Below are positions 1 through 9,119 of a DNA stretch of 64,000 nt, in pieces. This DNA comes from a virus. The DNA lies in the IMG/VR virus record IMGVR_UViG_3300040801_002923, positions 54,482 to 118,481 of that record; one strand, given 5' to 3'. The position numbers were made by a program, and so were the translations under genes. Within the stretch, counting starts at the first letter, position 1. Each line of letters begins with the position of its first letter. The notes beneath the pieces are model-generated. The model searched no databases. It was not told the origin of the DNA and saw nothing but the letters and a program-made list of their open reading frames with translations.

Positions 1-39
1 GGTCAGGGTGTTGCACTTGGTGGTGCTGGTCGAGAGTAA
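1..39 (+). CDS. 3' end of an upstream gene (GQGVALGGAGRE*), possibly a tail tube or other structural gene
   Basis: Open frame from base 1 to TAA at 37-39, followed by a terminator; product guessed only from context. Confidence 0.4.
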   Translation, partial: GQGVALGGAGRE

Positions 40-105
40 GGTTAGCGTCCGTCGGAAGACAAGGAAGTCTAACACATCTAACAGGAAGTTTACTTTCTGG
101 ACGCA

Positions 106-134
106 GGGGGGCCTTTTGGCCCCCTTTCTTTATT
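106..134 (+). terminator. Rho-independent terminator
   Basis: GGGGGCC-TTTT-GGCCCCC stem followed by TTTCTTTATT. Confidence 0.8.
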
Positions 135-162
135 TGTTAGAACACGCTTTTTTACTGAACAC

Positions 163-168
163 TAAATA
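163..168 (+). promoter_or_regulatory. T4-like late promoter core TAAATA
   Basis: TAAATA 5 nt before ATG 174; the same hexamer recurs before most structural genes. Confidence 0.7.
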
Positions 169-173
169 ACCGC

Positions 174-1292
174 ATGGCTCTAGATCCTCGCTCATTTCTC
201 ACTAATCCTGTGGTCCGCCAGGTAGCCAACGCTGTGCCTGGCGGTGACCTAGTTATTCAAGCCGTAGACACAGTCCAGGACTTCCGTGATAACGGGGTGG
301 ACTTTAAGAACGGACGCCTGACAATCGGCAGTCCGTCACCATACGCAGTTGATTTAGTGGCTAGAGCTCCTAAGCACAAGTTCATGTTCGTACTGCAAGT
401 GGTTATCGATGGGCCGTTTCAGCAACTGTTCCCTGAATCGCTGCTTGAAGAGATGGCCTTCGTGGTTAAGCGAGCAGGTCGTCCTAATGTTTCGTTCGAC
501 TACGAGGAAGTAAACTTCTACAACCATCGATCCAAAGTACTGAAGCGGATTGAATACCAACCAATCACAATCGGCTTCTACGATGACATGAACAGCAACG
601 TTCTTTCGTTTCTTGAGCGGTATCTTGCAGTAACGTCTCCGATTTCACGTCTTGGCGATAAAGGGCAAGTATACAAGCTGTTTGAAGAGAGCGGTATGAA
701 CTCACCGAACGACTTTGCGTCCGCATCTACGGATGGCTTCGCTCGTGTGCCCGGCGTTACGGATACTGACACATCGATCATCAGCTATATCAATCTCTTT
801 CATATCTATAACGGTGGCTCGCTAGTGGATCAATACACGTTCGCTAAACCCAAGATCACAGAAATTCAGTTGGATGATGTTGATATGACAATGTCTGGAG
901 ACGGCACAGAGGCTGCGTTTACCTTCTCATACGAAGCACTTGGAATCCAGACACGCATTCGAGCTGCTGAGCTTCGCAATCGAATTCAAGATTACACGGA
1001 TGCAGGCCTACATACGCTCAATCTACCACGCTCGCTCAACACACCCCTATCTACTGGTGGTGTATTCGGTGCAGCTGGTCCTGGTGACGTCATTCGCGAA
1101 ACCGCCCGTGATATTGCTTCTGATGCGCTATCCGGTGCGGCGCTAGGAGGTGCAATTGGCGGCGCTATTGGAGGTGTCGGTGGTGCTATCCAGGCTGGGG
1201 TTGGTACAGCAACCAACGTCGTAGGAAACGCTGTTTCAGATCTTCTTGGTATTGGTGGCGACGATCAAGCCAACTCGGATAATTTCGACTAA
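174..1292 (+). CDS. Tail tube-fold protein (T4 gp19/gp54-like) with Gly-rich C-terminal tail
   Basis: KHKFMF...VKRAGRPNVSFDYEEVNFYN...IEYQPITIGFYDD...FTFSYE pattern typical of tube and tube-initiator proteins. Confidence 0.65.
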   Translation: MALDPRSFLTNPVVRQVANAVPGGDLVIQAVDTVQDFRDNGVDFKNGRLTIGSPSPYAVDLVARAPKHKFMFVLQVVIDGPFQQLFPESLLEEMAFVVKRAGRPNVSFDYEEVNFYNHRSKVLKRIEYQPITIGFYDDMNSNVLSFLERYLAVTSPISRLGDKGQVYKLFEESGMNSPNDFASASTDGFARVPGVTDTDTSIISYINLFHIYNGGSLVDQYTFAKPKITEIQLDDVDMTMSGDGTEAAFTFSYEALGIQTRIRAAELRNRIQDYTDAGLHTLNLPRSLNTPLSTGGVFGAAGPGDVIRETARDIASDALSGAALGGAIGGAIGGVGGAIQAGVGTATNVVGNAVSDLLGIGGDDQANSDNFD

Positions 1293-1303
1293 ATAGACTC
1301 GCT

Positions 1304-1738
1304 ATGGCGAGATCATATAAGCAAGGTGTATTCACACCGCGACATCCAGAGAAATATGTAGGCAACGCGAATAATATCGTGTTCCGCAGTTCATGGGAGC
1401 TTTCCATGAACCAGTTTCTAGATAACAACCCCAACATTCTTCGCTGGAGTTCCGAAGAGATCGCCATACCGTACGTTAAACCTACCACCGGACGCGTGCA
1501 CCGCTACTTCCCTGACTATTGGATCGAGTATAAGGACCGTGATGGCAATTTGCTTCAGGAAATACTCGAGGTAAAGCCAAGTACGGAAGTTAACCCTAAT
1601 CTCAAGAAACGCAAATCCAACTACGATAAGCTCACCTATGCAATCAACCTTGCAAAGTGGAAAGCAGCCTCTCAGTTTTGCGAGAAGCGGAACATGAAGT
1701 TTAGAATCCTAACCGAAAACCAGTTGTTCAGCCGCTAG
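1304..1738 (+). CDS. Head completion nuclease (T4 gp4-like, TnsA-type PD-(D/E)xK fold)
   Basis: FTPRHPEKYVG...FRSSWE...WSSEEIAIPY...HRYFPDYWIE...EVKP...NLAKWKAA...FRILTE. Confidence 0.9.
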   Translation: MARSYKQGVFTPRHPEKYVGNANNIVFRSSWELSMNQFLDNNPNILRWSSEEIAIPYVKPTTGRVHRYFPDYWIEYKDRDGNLLQEILEVKPSTEVNPNLKKRKSNYDKLTYAINLAKWKAASQFCEKRNMKFRILTENQLFSR

Positions 1739-1748
1739 TAAATACAAC

Positions 1749-2225
1749 ATGAGCAGCAAAAAAGAAATCGAAGTACCTACATCGCATCCTCTAGAGGCTG
1801 TACTTAACGTAGAGGAGGGGACTACTATGGTCCCTAAAACCATCATCCAGGGTGATGTTGAGCCGCACCAAACCTATGACGAGAAAGACATTGAGATCGA
1901 TAAGCAGTTTCAAGAGATTTACGATCTAGCGTTGACTGCGTTCGAAGATCAAACAGAAACGGCTGAAATTGTAGACCCCCAGTACAAGGCCCGCACAGCT
2001 GAAGTTGCAGCAGCTTATCTAACCACCGCTCTCAACGCCGCGAATTCCAAAATGGCACTCAAGCAACAACGCGAGAAGCTAGAGGTGTCCAAGTCTCGTA
2101 TTACCGGTGGCATCACAAACAATGGCAACATGATTGTCACCAATCGTAATGACCTCCTGCGATTGATGGAAGAAAGGGACGGCGAGCGCGACGCAATCGA
2201 AGGTGAGTTTTCCTCCGACGAGTAA
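1749..2225 (+). CDS. Probable terminase small subunit
   Basis: 158 aa helical protein immediately upstream of TerL; C-terminal TNNGNMIVTNRNDLL typical of gp16-like proteins. Confidence 0.6.
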   Translation: MSSKKEIEVPTSHPLEAVLNVEEGTTMVPKTIIQGDVEPHQTYDEKDIEIDKQFQEIYDLALTAFEDQTETAEIVDPQYKARTAEVAAAYLTTALNAANSKMALKQQREKLEVSKSRITGGITNNGNMIVTNRNDLLRLMEERDGERDAIEGEFSSDE

Positions 2226-2255
2226 CCCCTTGGTTTTGGGTATGTAAATACTCAC

Positions 2256-3809
2256 ATGTCACGAGCATTCAAAGATCCGCAAATCAAACGCGCCGGAACC
2301 GAGACGGAATATACCGTCGAGCAGATCCGTGAGTTAAAGAAGTGCATGAACGATCCGGTGTACTTTATCCGGACATACTGCCGAATTCAGCACCCCGTCG
2401 AAGGCGCTATTCCGTTTGAGCTCTACGACTATCAAATTGAGATGGTCGAGAACTTCCACAATCACAGAAACAACATCGTTCTTAGTGCACGGCAGACTGG
2501 TAAGTCGACTGTCTCTTCGATGTACCTGCTGTGGTTTGCTATGTTCAATTTCGACAAGACAATTCTCATTGCGTCGAATAAGAACAAAGGTGCGATGGAA
2601 ATGATCGCTCGTATTCAGTATGCATACAAGAACCTCCCGCACTGGCTAAAGCCGGGAGTAACTGACGATGGTTGGAACAAGCACTCACTAAAGTTTGACA
2701 ACGACAGTGAAATTCAGTCTGAAGCGACGTCGGAGAATTCTGGTCGTGGTATGTCTATCTCCCTACTCTACCTCGATGAGTTTGCGTTTGTTCCCCCAGC
2801 TGTAGCTCAAGAATTCTGGACAGCCATTGCGCCTACGTTGTCTACAGGTGGTGCTTGTATCATTTCTTCTACACCAAACGGCGATCAAAACATCTTCTCT
2901 GAGCTGTGGAACGGTGCTGAAATGGGAGTAAACAACTTCCATCCTTCTCATGTGCGCTGGGATCAACCACCGGGGCGCACTAAAGCGTTCAAGGAAGACA
3001 TGATTGCGCAGATTGGTGAAACGGCCTGGCTGCAAGAATACGAGTGTGAGTTCCTATCATCCGATGCGCTGCTGATCGACACACTTGTTCTTCAGAACTT
3101 GACGCCTGGCATATCCAAGATCAAACCAGACTTCGAGATCAATGATGTTAAGTTCTGGAAAAGACCACAGAGTGGTGTGCAATACCTTGTTGGAGTTGAT
3201 CCAGCTACTGGTACCGGCGAAGACTTCACTGTGATTACTGTTTGGGAATTTCCAGCGATGGAACAAGTGGCTATGTATCGTTCGAATACGATGTCGTCGG
3301 CCAAAGTGTATCCGATTCTCAAGAACCTACTGAAGTTCTTGGAGCGCACTGGGTCGCAGGTCTACTTCTCAATCGAAAACAATGGTGTTGGTGAGGGCCT
3401 TCTAGCACTGTATGAAGCAGACGAAAACCCACCTCTGATGTCCGAAATGATTTCTGAAACGGGCAAGAATCGTCAAGGCGTAACTACGACGGGCAAGTCT
3501 AAGATGCGTTGCTGTCTCAATCTCAAGGAATTGATTGAGAAGCGAACGATGACAATTAAAAGCGAGCTGATGCTCAAAGAGTTGAAGAAATTCGTTCGTC
3601 GCGCGGCTGGGTATTCAGCACAAAACGGGGCAACCGACGACATCATTTCTTCAACACTAATCGTCCTTCGAATTCTCGAAGAAATCTCCTCGTATGACCA
3701 AGCGGCCTTTGATACGCTCCGTGCAGTTGAGGACAGTCCGTGGTCCGAAGCTGACGTCATTCACTACGACGAAGAAGACCCTGATCACGGACCTATGCCT
3801 TTCATCTAG
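2256..3809 (+). CDS. terL: Terminase large subunit (T4 gp17-like)
   Basis: LYDYQ, Walker A SARQTGKS, Walker B LLYLDEFAF, SSTPNG, QEYEC, nuclease GVDPATG and DD motifs. Confidence 0.97.
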   Translation: MSRAFKDPQIKRAGTETEYTVEQIRELKKCMNDPVYFIRTYCRIQHPVEGAIPFELYDYQIEMVENFHNHRNNIVLSARQTGKSTVSSMYLLWFAMFNFDKTILIASNKNKGAMEMIARIQYAYKNLPHWLKPGVTDDGWNKHSLKFDNDSEIQSEATSENSGRGMSISLLYLDEFAFVPPAVAQEFWTAIAPTLSTGGACIISSTPNGDQNIFSELWNGAEMGVNNFHPSHVRWDQPPGRTKAFKEDMIAQIGETAWLQEYECEFLSSDALLIDTLVLQNLTPGISKIKPDFEINDVKFWKRPQSGVQYLVGVDPATGTGEDFTVITVWEFPAMEQVAMYRSNTMSSAKVYPILKNLLKFLERTGSQVYFSIENNGVGEGLLALYEADENPPLMSEMISETGKNRQGVTTTGKSKMRCCLNLKELIEKRTMTIKSELMLKELKKFVRRAAGYSAQNGATDDIISSTLIVLRILEEISSYDQAAFDTLRAVEDSPWSEADVIHYDEEDPDHGPMPFI

Positions 3810-3810
3810 C

Positions 3811-3850
3811 GTTGATCTTCCTGTTGAGCTCAGTGATAACTAAGACTCAC
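3811..3850 (+). promoter_or_regulatory. Conserved putative early promoter element, copy 1
   Basis: GTTGATC-N8-GAGCT-N2-GTGAT-N7-ACTCAC, matching 62551-62591. Confidence 0.55.
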
Positions 3851-3865
3851 AGGAGGAAAATAGCA

Positions 3866-4069
3866 ATGGCTGACCCTAGATATCGATGGCGCGTTGACAT
3901 CTTCGAATATGAGCGTGGGTGGGGCAGACGTCACGAAGGCGCGAAGTTTTTCGACGATGAAAACGAAGCGTACCAATTTGTCCGAGACTACAATTCTGAA
4001 AACACAGAAACGGTAGTCCCTGATTGGTATATGGCTGCTTCTGCCCCCCAAAAGGTGCAGGTGGCCTAG
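3866..4069 (+). CDS. Small hypothetical phage protein (67 aa, MADPRYRWRVDIFEYERGWG...)
   Basis: AGGAGG RBS at 3851 places the start at ATG 3866. Confidence 0.75.
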   Translation: MADPRYRWRVDIFEYERGWGRRHEGAKFFDDENEAYQFVRDYNSENTETVVPDWYMAASAPQKVQVA

Positions 4070-5007
4070 TGGGTATAGATGTTGTAGTTGCGTTCTTCGT
4101 ATTGGGCGCTGTTTCTGTACTCATTCGTTCACCAATCAATTTCCCCGAGGGGCTCTACCAAGGGTTGAGCCTCTTCCTGATGTTGGCTATTGGTCTGAAG
4201 GGCGGCGTGGCTTTAGCTGACCACTTTACAGCAAATGTCCTGCTCCAATCAGCCGGAGTGCTGACCTTGGGGCTGGTGATACCCATCATAGCCTTTCTGA
4301 TACTGCGAGGGGTCGGAAACTTTGATCGCATAAATGCTGGATCGATAGCGGCACATTATGGCTCTGTTAGTGTCGGAACTTATGCTGTTGCTATGTCTGT
4401 GTTGCAGAGTATGAACATCTCTTACGAAGAGTACTTCCCGATGTTTGTTGTTCTGCTGGAGATGCCGGCAATATTGGTGGGGTTGTGGCTTGCAAACCTG
4501 GGTGCTGGTGAGCTCAATAAGAAAGCGCTCCTACACGAAATGACTTGCAATCAGGGCGTTACGTTGATGCTCGGTGGTCTCATTATTGGTGCAATGGCCG
4601 GGCATGAAGGTACGGAATCAATTATGCCCCTGTTCAAAACCCTATTCAGCGGCGCACTAGCGTTATTCCTCCTCGAAATGGGGATCGTCGCAGCCAAGCG
4701 GGCTAGAGACATCGGTAACCGTCTGATGTTCTTGTTACCGTTCGGGATGACGATGCCAGTGATAGGCGCCGTGTTGGGGATGTGGATGGGTGATGTGTTG
4801 CACTTCTCTCAAGGTGGCGTGGTTCTACTCACTGTTTTGGCGGCAAGTTGTTCTTACATAGCGGTACCTGCTGTAATGCGCGCTGCTCTGCCTACAGCGG
4901 ATCATGGGATGGCGATAGCCACATCGCTTGCAATCACATTCCCATTCAACGTAATTGTTGGAATTCCAATGTACATCTGGTTCATTCAACGCTTGCACTT
5001 GGGTTAA
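4069..5007 (+). CDS. sbtA: Sodium-dependent bicarbonate transporter, SbtA family
   Basis: About 10 TM helices; FF.LG, LAIGLKGG, AAHYGSVS, LLEMPAI, LFLLEMG, AASCSYIAVPA, SLAITFPFN motifs; GTG start overlaps the upstream TAG. Confidence 0.9.
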   Translation: MGIDVVVAFFVLGAVSVLIRSPINFPEGLYQGLSLFLMLAIGLKGGVALADHFTANVLLQSAGVLTLGLVIPIIAFLILRGVGNFDRINAGSIAAHYGSVSVGTYAVAMSVLQSMNISYEEYFPMFVVLLEMPAILVGLWLANLGAGELNKKALLHEMTCNQGVTLMLGGLIIGAMAGHEGTESIMPLFKTLFSGALALFLLEMGIVAAKRARDIGNRLMFLLPFGMTMPVIGAVLGMWMGDVLHFSQGGVVLLTVLAASCSYIAVPAVMRAALPTADHGMAIATSLAITFPFNVIVGIPMYIWFIQRLHLG

Positions 5008-5021
5008 ATCCTCTGTATCAT
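4993..5021 (+). promoter_or_regulatory. Sigma70-like promoter for the HD-kinase gene
   Basis: TTGCAC-17 nt-TATCAT. Confidence 0.5.
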
Positions 5022-5047
5022 GCGACTCAACTTCTGAGGATAGAAAC

Positions 5048-6172
5048 ATGTACACAGATCAAGACAAATTCATTCACTGGTACAATGAAGTGTTCCGGTA
5101 CGATCCACTCTACGCAGCTATGTGGGAGACGGTCGAGGGTTCACCGTGGCACCGTGAGGCCAACGTCGGCGTTCACACCGATATGGTAGTCAGTCAATAT
5201 CTAATGCTGTCCAACAGCGAAGGGCCGGGCATGCTGGATAGTGAGTGCTTTAACGTCCGCGGCGCTCTCGGATGTGCTTTCCACGACGTTGGTAAGCCGC
5301 CCGCTATGCAGATCAAATTCAAGGAAGATCGTGGGGAGTACAAAGCATTCCATGGTCATGAATTGATTTCAGCCCGCATGTGGGAAAATTGGGCTGTTGG
5401 TAACTGGAGCTTTTTGCAACGTGAGTTCGGCTTCGAACCCATCGACATCTACACTGTGGGTTGGATGATCGAACATCATGTACCCTGGGCAACCAAGAAG
5501 GATGAAAAGCTCGACGCATTTGCTGCAACAGCTTACACGACGCTGGGGCATTCATGTGCATGGACCGATATGTTAATGGCTGATCAGCGTGGACGAATCT
5601 CTGATTCGAGCCACCAGCGGTTTGAAGAGGCGCAGATCTGGATTTACGATCATGAAGAGCGTCGTGCTAAGGCTGAGTGGGGGTTCGAGCTGGTCACCGA
5701 CAAGACGGTGTACATGCTTATCGGCGCCCCAGGAGCTGGCAAATCGACGTACCGCCAGAAGCTGCTAGCGGAAAATCCCGGTGCAGCGGTTCTAAGCATG
5801 GACGATCTTCGGATCGAGTTCTATGGTGAGCCGTATGAGAATGCGTTTGCCAAAGCCTCGAAGGACAGCTCTTTCAACGCCAAAGTGGATGCACGGTACA
5901 TCGACACACTTCGCCAGAATGAAGTTGTGATTCTCGACAATACCAATACGGCGGCACGCGCACGTAAGCGCTGGCTCGCTCCGGCACGGGCTCGTGACTT
6001 TCGAATTGTTGCGGTGTTGTTCCCTGTGCAATTGCAGACGGTGCTTGACCGACAGCGGTCGCGAACCGACAAGACAATCCCGGATCAGGTTGTATCCGAT
6101 ATGTACAACCGTATGTCGTTGCCTATGATCGGCGATTTCGATGAGATTATCGTTCACGACGGCAACCTCTGA
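5048..6172 (+). CDS. HD phosphohydrolase / P-loop kinase fusion (HD-Pnk-like nucleic acid end-healing enzyme)
   Basis: H...HT..V, FHDVGKP, GHE, HH and D HD-domain residues; C-terminal GAPGAGKST, D.TN, R...R AAA_33-type kinase; RBS GAGGA before ATG 5048. Confidence 0.85.
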   Translation: MYTDQDKFIHWYNEVFRYDPLYAAMWETVEGSPWHREANVGVHTDMVVSQYLMLSNSEGPGMLDSECFNVRGALGCAFHDVGKPPAMQIKFKEDRGEYKAFHGHELISARMWENWAVGNWSFLQREFGFEPIDIYTVGWMIEHHVPWATKKDEKLDAFAATAYTTLGHSCAWTDMLMADQRGRISDSSHQRFEEAQIWIYDHEERRAKAEWGFELVTDKTVYMLIGAPGAGKSTYRQKLLAENPGAAVLSMDDLRIEFYGEPYENAFAKASKDSSFNAKVDARYIDTLRQNEVVILDNTNTAARARKRWLAPARARDFRIVAVLFPVQLQTVLDRQRSRTDKTIPDQVVSDMYNRMSLPMIGDFDEIIVHDGNL

Positions 6173-6174
6173 GC

Positions 6175-6195
6175 AAGCCCCCTTCTGGGGGCTTT
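6175..6195 (+). terminator. Terminator hairpin
   Basis: AAGCCCCC-TTCT-GGGGGCTT just after the stop codon. Confidence 0.7.
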
Positions 6196-6211
6196 GCGCT
6201 AAATACGATCC

Positions 6212-6760
6212 ATGGAACTCAAAGTAATCCGTGGTGACCGTCTACTGACTCAATTCAACGAAGACTCTACGTACAACCAACTATACACTGGGATTGTTCA
6301 GGCTTTCCCCAACACACGAAAGCGGCAGAATGCCACAGCTCCGGTTGTGGTTAGTCGTATTGAATATGTCCCGTATGTGAACAACGGTGTGCTACGGGTT
6401 GAAGCCGAAGCCCGCAATGGTCCCGGTCGATATCAACCCGTTATACAGTTTCGTGAAGTGAGCTTTGCAGAACAGGGAGCTAGTAACACCGTCACATTTA
6501 GAGCAGCAGACGGTCAGGAGTATGGCATCGTACCTATCCGTCTAGCGGGGTCAAATATCAAAGTTCGTTGCACGTGTCTCGACTTCTATCACAGATTCAG
6601 CATGCACAACCACTCTGACGGTAGTTTAGCGGGCAATCCCCCACCTCCGTACGTTCCGAAGGGTGGGCGGCCATCGGTTAATCCAACGCAAACGCCCGGT
6701 GTGTGCAAACACATAATTAAGCTAGTAGAGCAGCTCAAGCGAGCTAGAATCGTTACTTAA
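6212..6760 (+). CDS. SWIM zinc-finger-like phage protein
   Basis: VRCTCLDF...GVCKHI (CxC...CxH); TAAATA 6 nt upstream. Confidence 0.7.
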   Translation: MELKVIRGDRLLTQFNEDSTYNQLYTGIVQAFPNTRKRQNATAPVVVSRIEYVPYVNNGVLRVEAEARNGPGRYQPVIQFREVSFAEQGASNTVTFRAADGQEYGIVPIRLAGSNIKVRCTCLDFYHRFSMHNHSDGSLAGNPPPPYVPKGGRPSVNPTQTPGVCKHIIKLVEQLKRARIVT

Positions 6761-7688
6761 CGACCTTACCGCCTTTCTTAAACGCGGCAGTGCTGGGCTT
6801 CGCAGGTTCTGCTTTGAAACTCTCGAGAACAGCCTTCGCGCGCGCGTCAGCTTCCGCATCAATTTGAACTGAGGCGGCCTTGGGGGCACCTTCGGTAATT
6901 ACAGGTTTGGCTGGAGCAGCCTTTTTGGCTTCTGCATTTTTCCGCTCAAGTTGAATCTCGCGGCGCTTTTTCTTCTCAGCTTCCTGTCGCTTGTGCTCAC
7001 GAATAATTTGCTTAACGTCTTTATCGCTAGTTTTGGCTAGGGCAGAATCACCTGTCTTCTCTTCAGCAGCTAGCAGCTTCTTGGCAACGCGGCGCGCTTC
7101 CGTTAGAGCATCTTGATCCGCAAGCGGTTTAACATCTACCGGCTTTTTAGCTGGTGCTGGTTTGGCGTCCTCAATAATAGTCTCCGAAGACGTCAGACGA
7201 GAGATAATGTCCTTGACTTGATCTTCTGTGACATTATCTCCTGGTCGCGCTGGCCGCTGTACTACCCGCTTCTCAGGCACATGATCTTTGGCCTTTGGTT
7301 TCACCGGTGTGGTTGGCGCCGGCTCTTCGGTTACAGGCTTCGGTGCATCCGCCGCCCGCGACTCGACACGCATTTGCATGTCTTCGCGCTTTACGTAAAT
7401 CTCCGGGGACTTACTAACGGTGATTTCGCCTCTATGGGCTTCGAAATAGTAGCCCGTGATCACAGCCGTCACAGTGAATGTGTATGTGGTAGGTACAAGG
7501 TATTGCATCTTCGGTAGGTCAACGCCCCATTTGCCGGGCTTCACACGCTTACACTCAAAACACATGTCAAATGGCTGAGACAAGATGTTGAAGCACACTT
7601 TAGCGTCACTATCATCTAGACCTTCAACAACAAGGTCGAATTCAAAATAGTGCTCGCGGCTGTTGACGATAATCAGTTGTTCGCTCAT
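6753..7688 (-). CDS. Hypothetical late protein with beta-rich N-terminus and Lys/Ala/Glu/Pro-rich C-terminus (possible internal head protein)
   Basis: 311 aa ORF with RBS and minus-strand TAAATA at 7710-7715; repeated [VIL]-x-E sites. Confidence 0.6.
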   Translation of the reverse strand: MSEQLIIVNSREHYFEFDLVVEGLDDSDAKVCFNILSQPFDMCFECKRVKPGKWGVDLPKMQYLVPTTYTFTVTAVITGYYFEAHRGEITVSKSPEIYVKREDMQMRVESRAADAPKPVTEEPAPTTPVKPKAKDHVPEKRVVQRPARPGDNVTEDQVKDIISRLTSSETIIEDAKPAPAKKPVDVKPLADQDALTEARRVAKKLLAAEEKTGDSALAKTSDKDVKQIIREHKRQEAEKKKRREIQLERKNAEAKKAAPAKPVITEGAPKAASVQIDAEADARAKAVLESFKAEPAKPSTAAFKKGGKVVK

Positions 7689-7723
7689 GAGATCCTCTTG
7701 TACAGAGCGTATTTATGGGAGCC

Positions 7724-8179
7724 TTACCTCTTCTTCCTGAAGTTGAGGGCCTTAACGATGTTCTTGGAGATGCGTTGGATGTTCTGAGCAGCCACTCTCA
7801 TTCGTTCTTCTGTCATATTCATGAAATTGGCCACACGAACAATCGTCTTCGCACGCTTAGCAGAAACAATGTATTCCTTTTCTGTGGTGGTTTCACCTAT
7901 CGTGATTCGAAGGGTAACATGATTCTTTTCACGGAAGATGTCAGGATACTCGGGGCGAACGTACCCTGGGTGATCCACAGGCTGATACAGGTTGCCAATC
8001 TCCCCAGGCGCCATGGGGTGGCTACCACCGCCGCCCGGGCGGACAATAACTTCGATCTTACCCGCTAGATGGAAAATGTGAGCTGTAATCAGTCCACCAC
8101 TACATGCAGGTAAGCAACTGATGCCGCCTGTAATGATTTGGGTACAAACCTGCGACTCGGTAAGGGTCGTTTCTGACAT
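7724..8179 (-). CDS. Hypothetical protein
   Basis: 151 aa ORF coupled to the upstream minus-strand gene (TAATG overlap). Confidence 0.65.
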   Translation of the reverse strand: MSETTLTESQVCTQIITGGISCLPACSGGLITAHIFHLAGKIEVIVRPGGGGSHPMAPGEIGNLYQPVDHPGYVRPEYPDIFREKNHVTLRITIGETTTEKEYIVSAKRAKTIVRVANFMNMTEERMRVAAQNIQRISKNIVKALNFRKKR

Positions 8180-8757
8180 TACGGTTGTGGATCTCTCTCA
8201 CAAACCTCAGCTGTGCTTGGTGTTCCGGTGCGATCTCTGAGCGTGAAGACAGTCAGAGGTGTCACCCCATCATCGTCAAACACAGTCAGGGTTTTAGCAG
8301 TGGTGTCAATGCGAGTACGGTTTGTGTGGTATTTGCGAACAAGATCAATTAGAGCTTCTATGTCCACAAGATCCAGCAAAATCTGTTCAGTATTCGAGAA
8401 AGTCGCGTTCGCCCGCCCGCCCATCGTAAAGACATCTGTATAAGCAGATTGATCAGCTTCCCATACGCCATCGGCAATCACCTCCGGCTCCGAGGCACAG
8501 CAGGCACCCTCTTGAAAGCGCTCAAATGGGCTGGAAATGCTACTGCCTCCGTCGGCGTCATATACGAAATCCTCACGAGGGTCAAAACCATCTACGTCAG
8601 TGAATTCATATTTGTACCAGCCGTTCGCTACCTCAACCATGGCACCATCATTTACAACTAGCGCATCGTCACTGAGTCGATAGATGTCGATAGTTGGTGT
8701 AAGACCTGTTTGTGGCGTGCCATTGTTTCGAAATCTGGCAGCGATGACTTTTGCCAT
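8179..8757 (-). CDS. Hypothetical structural protein
   Basis: Start MAKVIAARF with AGGAG RBS; perfect TATAAATA on the minus strand at 8790-8797. Confidence 0.65.
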   Translation of the reverse strand: MAKVIAARFRNNGTPQTGLTPTIDIYRLSDDALVVNDGAMVEVANGWYKYEFTDVDGFDPREDFVYDADGGSSISSPFERFQEGACCASEPEVIADGVWEADQSAYTDVFTMGGRANATFSNTEQILLDLVDIEALIDLVRKYHTNRTRIDTTAKTLTVFDDDGVTPLTVFTLRDRTGTPSTAEVCERDPQP

Positions 8758-8789
8758 AACCCTTTGTGCTCCTGACGACGTTCGACTCG

Positions 8790-8824
8790 TATTTATATCA
8801 CCTTCCAAACGCGCTTCATAAATA
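8790..8824. promoter_or_regulatory. Divergent pair of late promoters
   Basis: TATAAATA (minus, 8790-8797) and TAAATA (plus, 8819-8824) back to back. Confidence 0.65.
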
Positions 8825-8859
8825 AGGCAAACACGTATACACAGGTTTCGGAGCGCTGA

Positions 8860-9105
8860 ATGAGCATGTTTTCCCTTCTTTCGGGTCTAGATCGAGACGC
8901 TAAAGCTGCAGCGGCGCTCGACCCCAATGCACCCAGTATCACATATCAGCAGTACGATATTCCGGTGAGCGGTGAGGAGACATGTGTCCTTATTCCAGAG
9001 CGAGAATGTAATAACTTTGAGAACGCCGTGATAGAAGCCGGTGAGCTCTCACAAATCAAACTGAAGAAGCTGGTGAGGGAACACCGCGGCATCTTCTCAC
9101 AATAA
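8860..9105 (+). CDS. Hypothetical protein
   Basis: 81 aa ORF with GGAG RBS. Confidence 0.6.
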   Translation: MSMFSLLSGLDRDAKAAAALDPNAPSITYQQYDIPVSGEETCVLIPERECNNFENAVIEAGELSQIKLKKLVREHRGIFSQ

Positions 9106-9119
9106 CCATAAGGTAGAAT

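Noticed and set aside
4024-4068. ORF-track N-terminal extension of SbtA, and similar extensions at 4955, 53282, 55850 and 62573
   Set aside because: Most overlap upstream genes; RBS position and coupling support later starts
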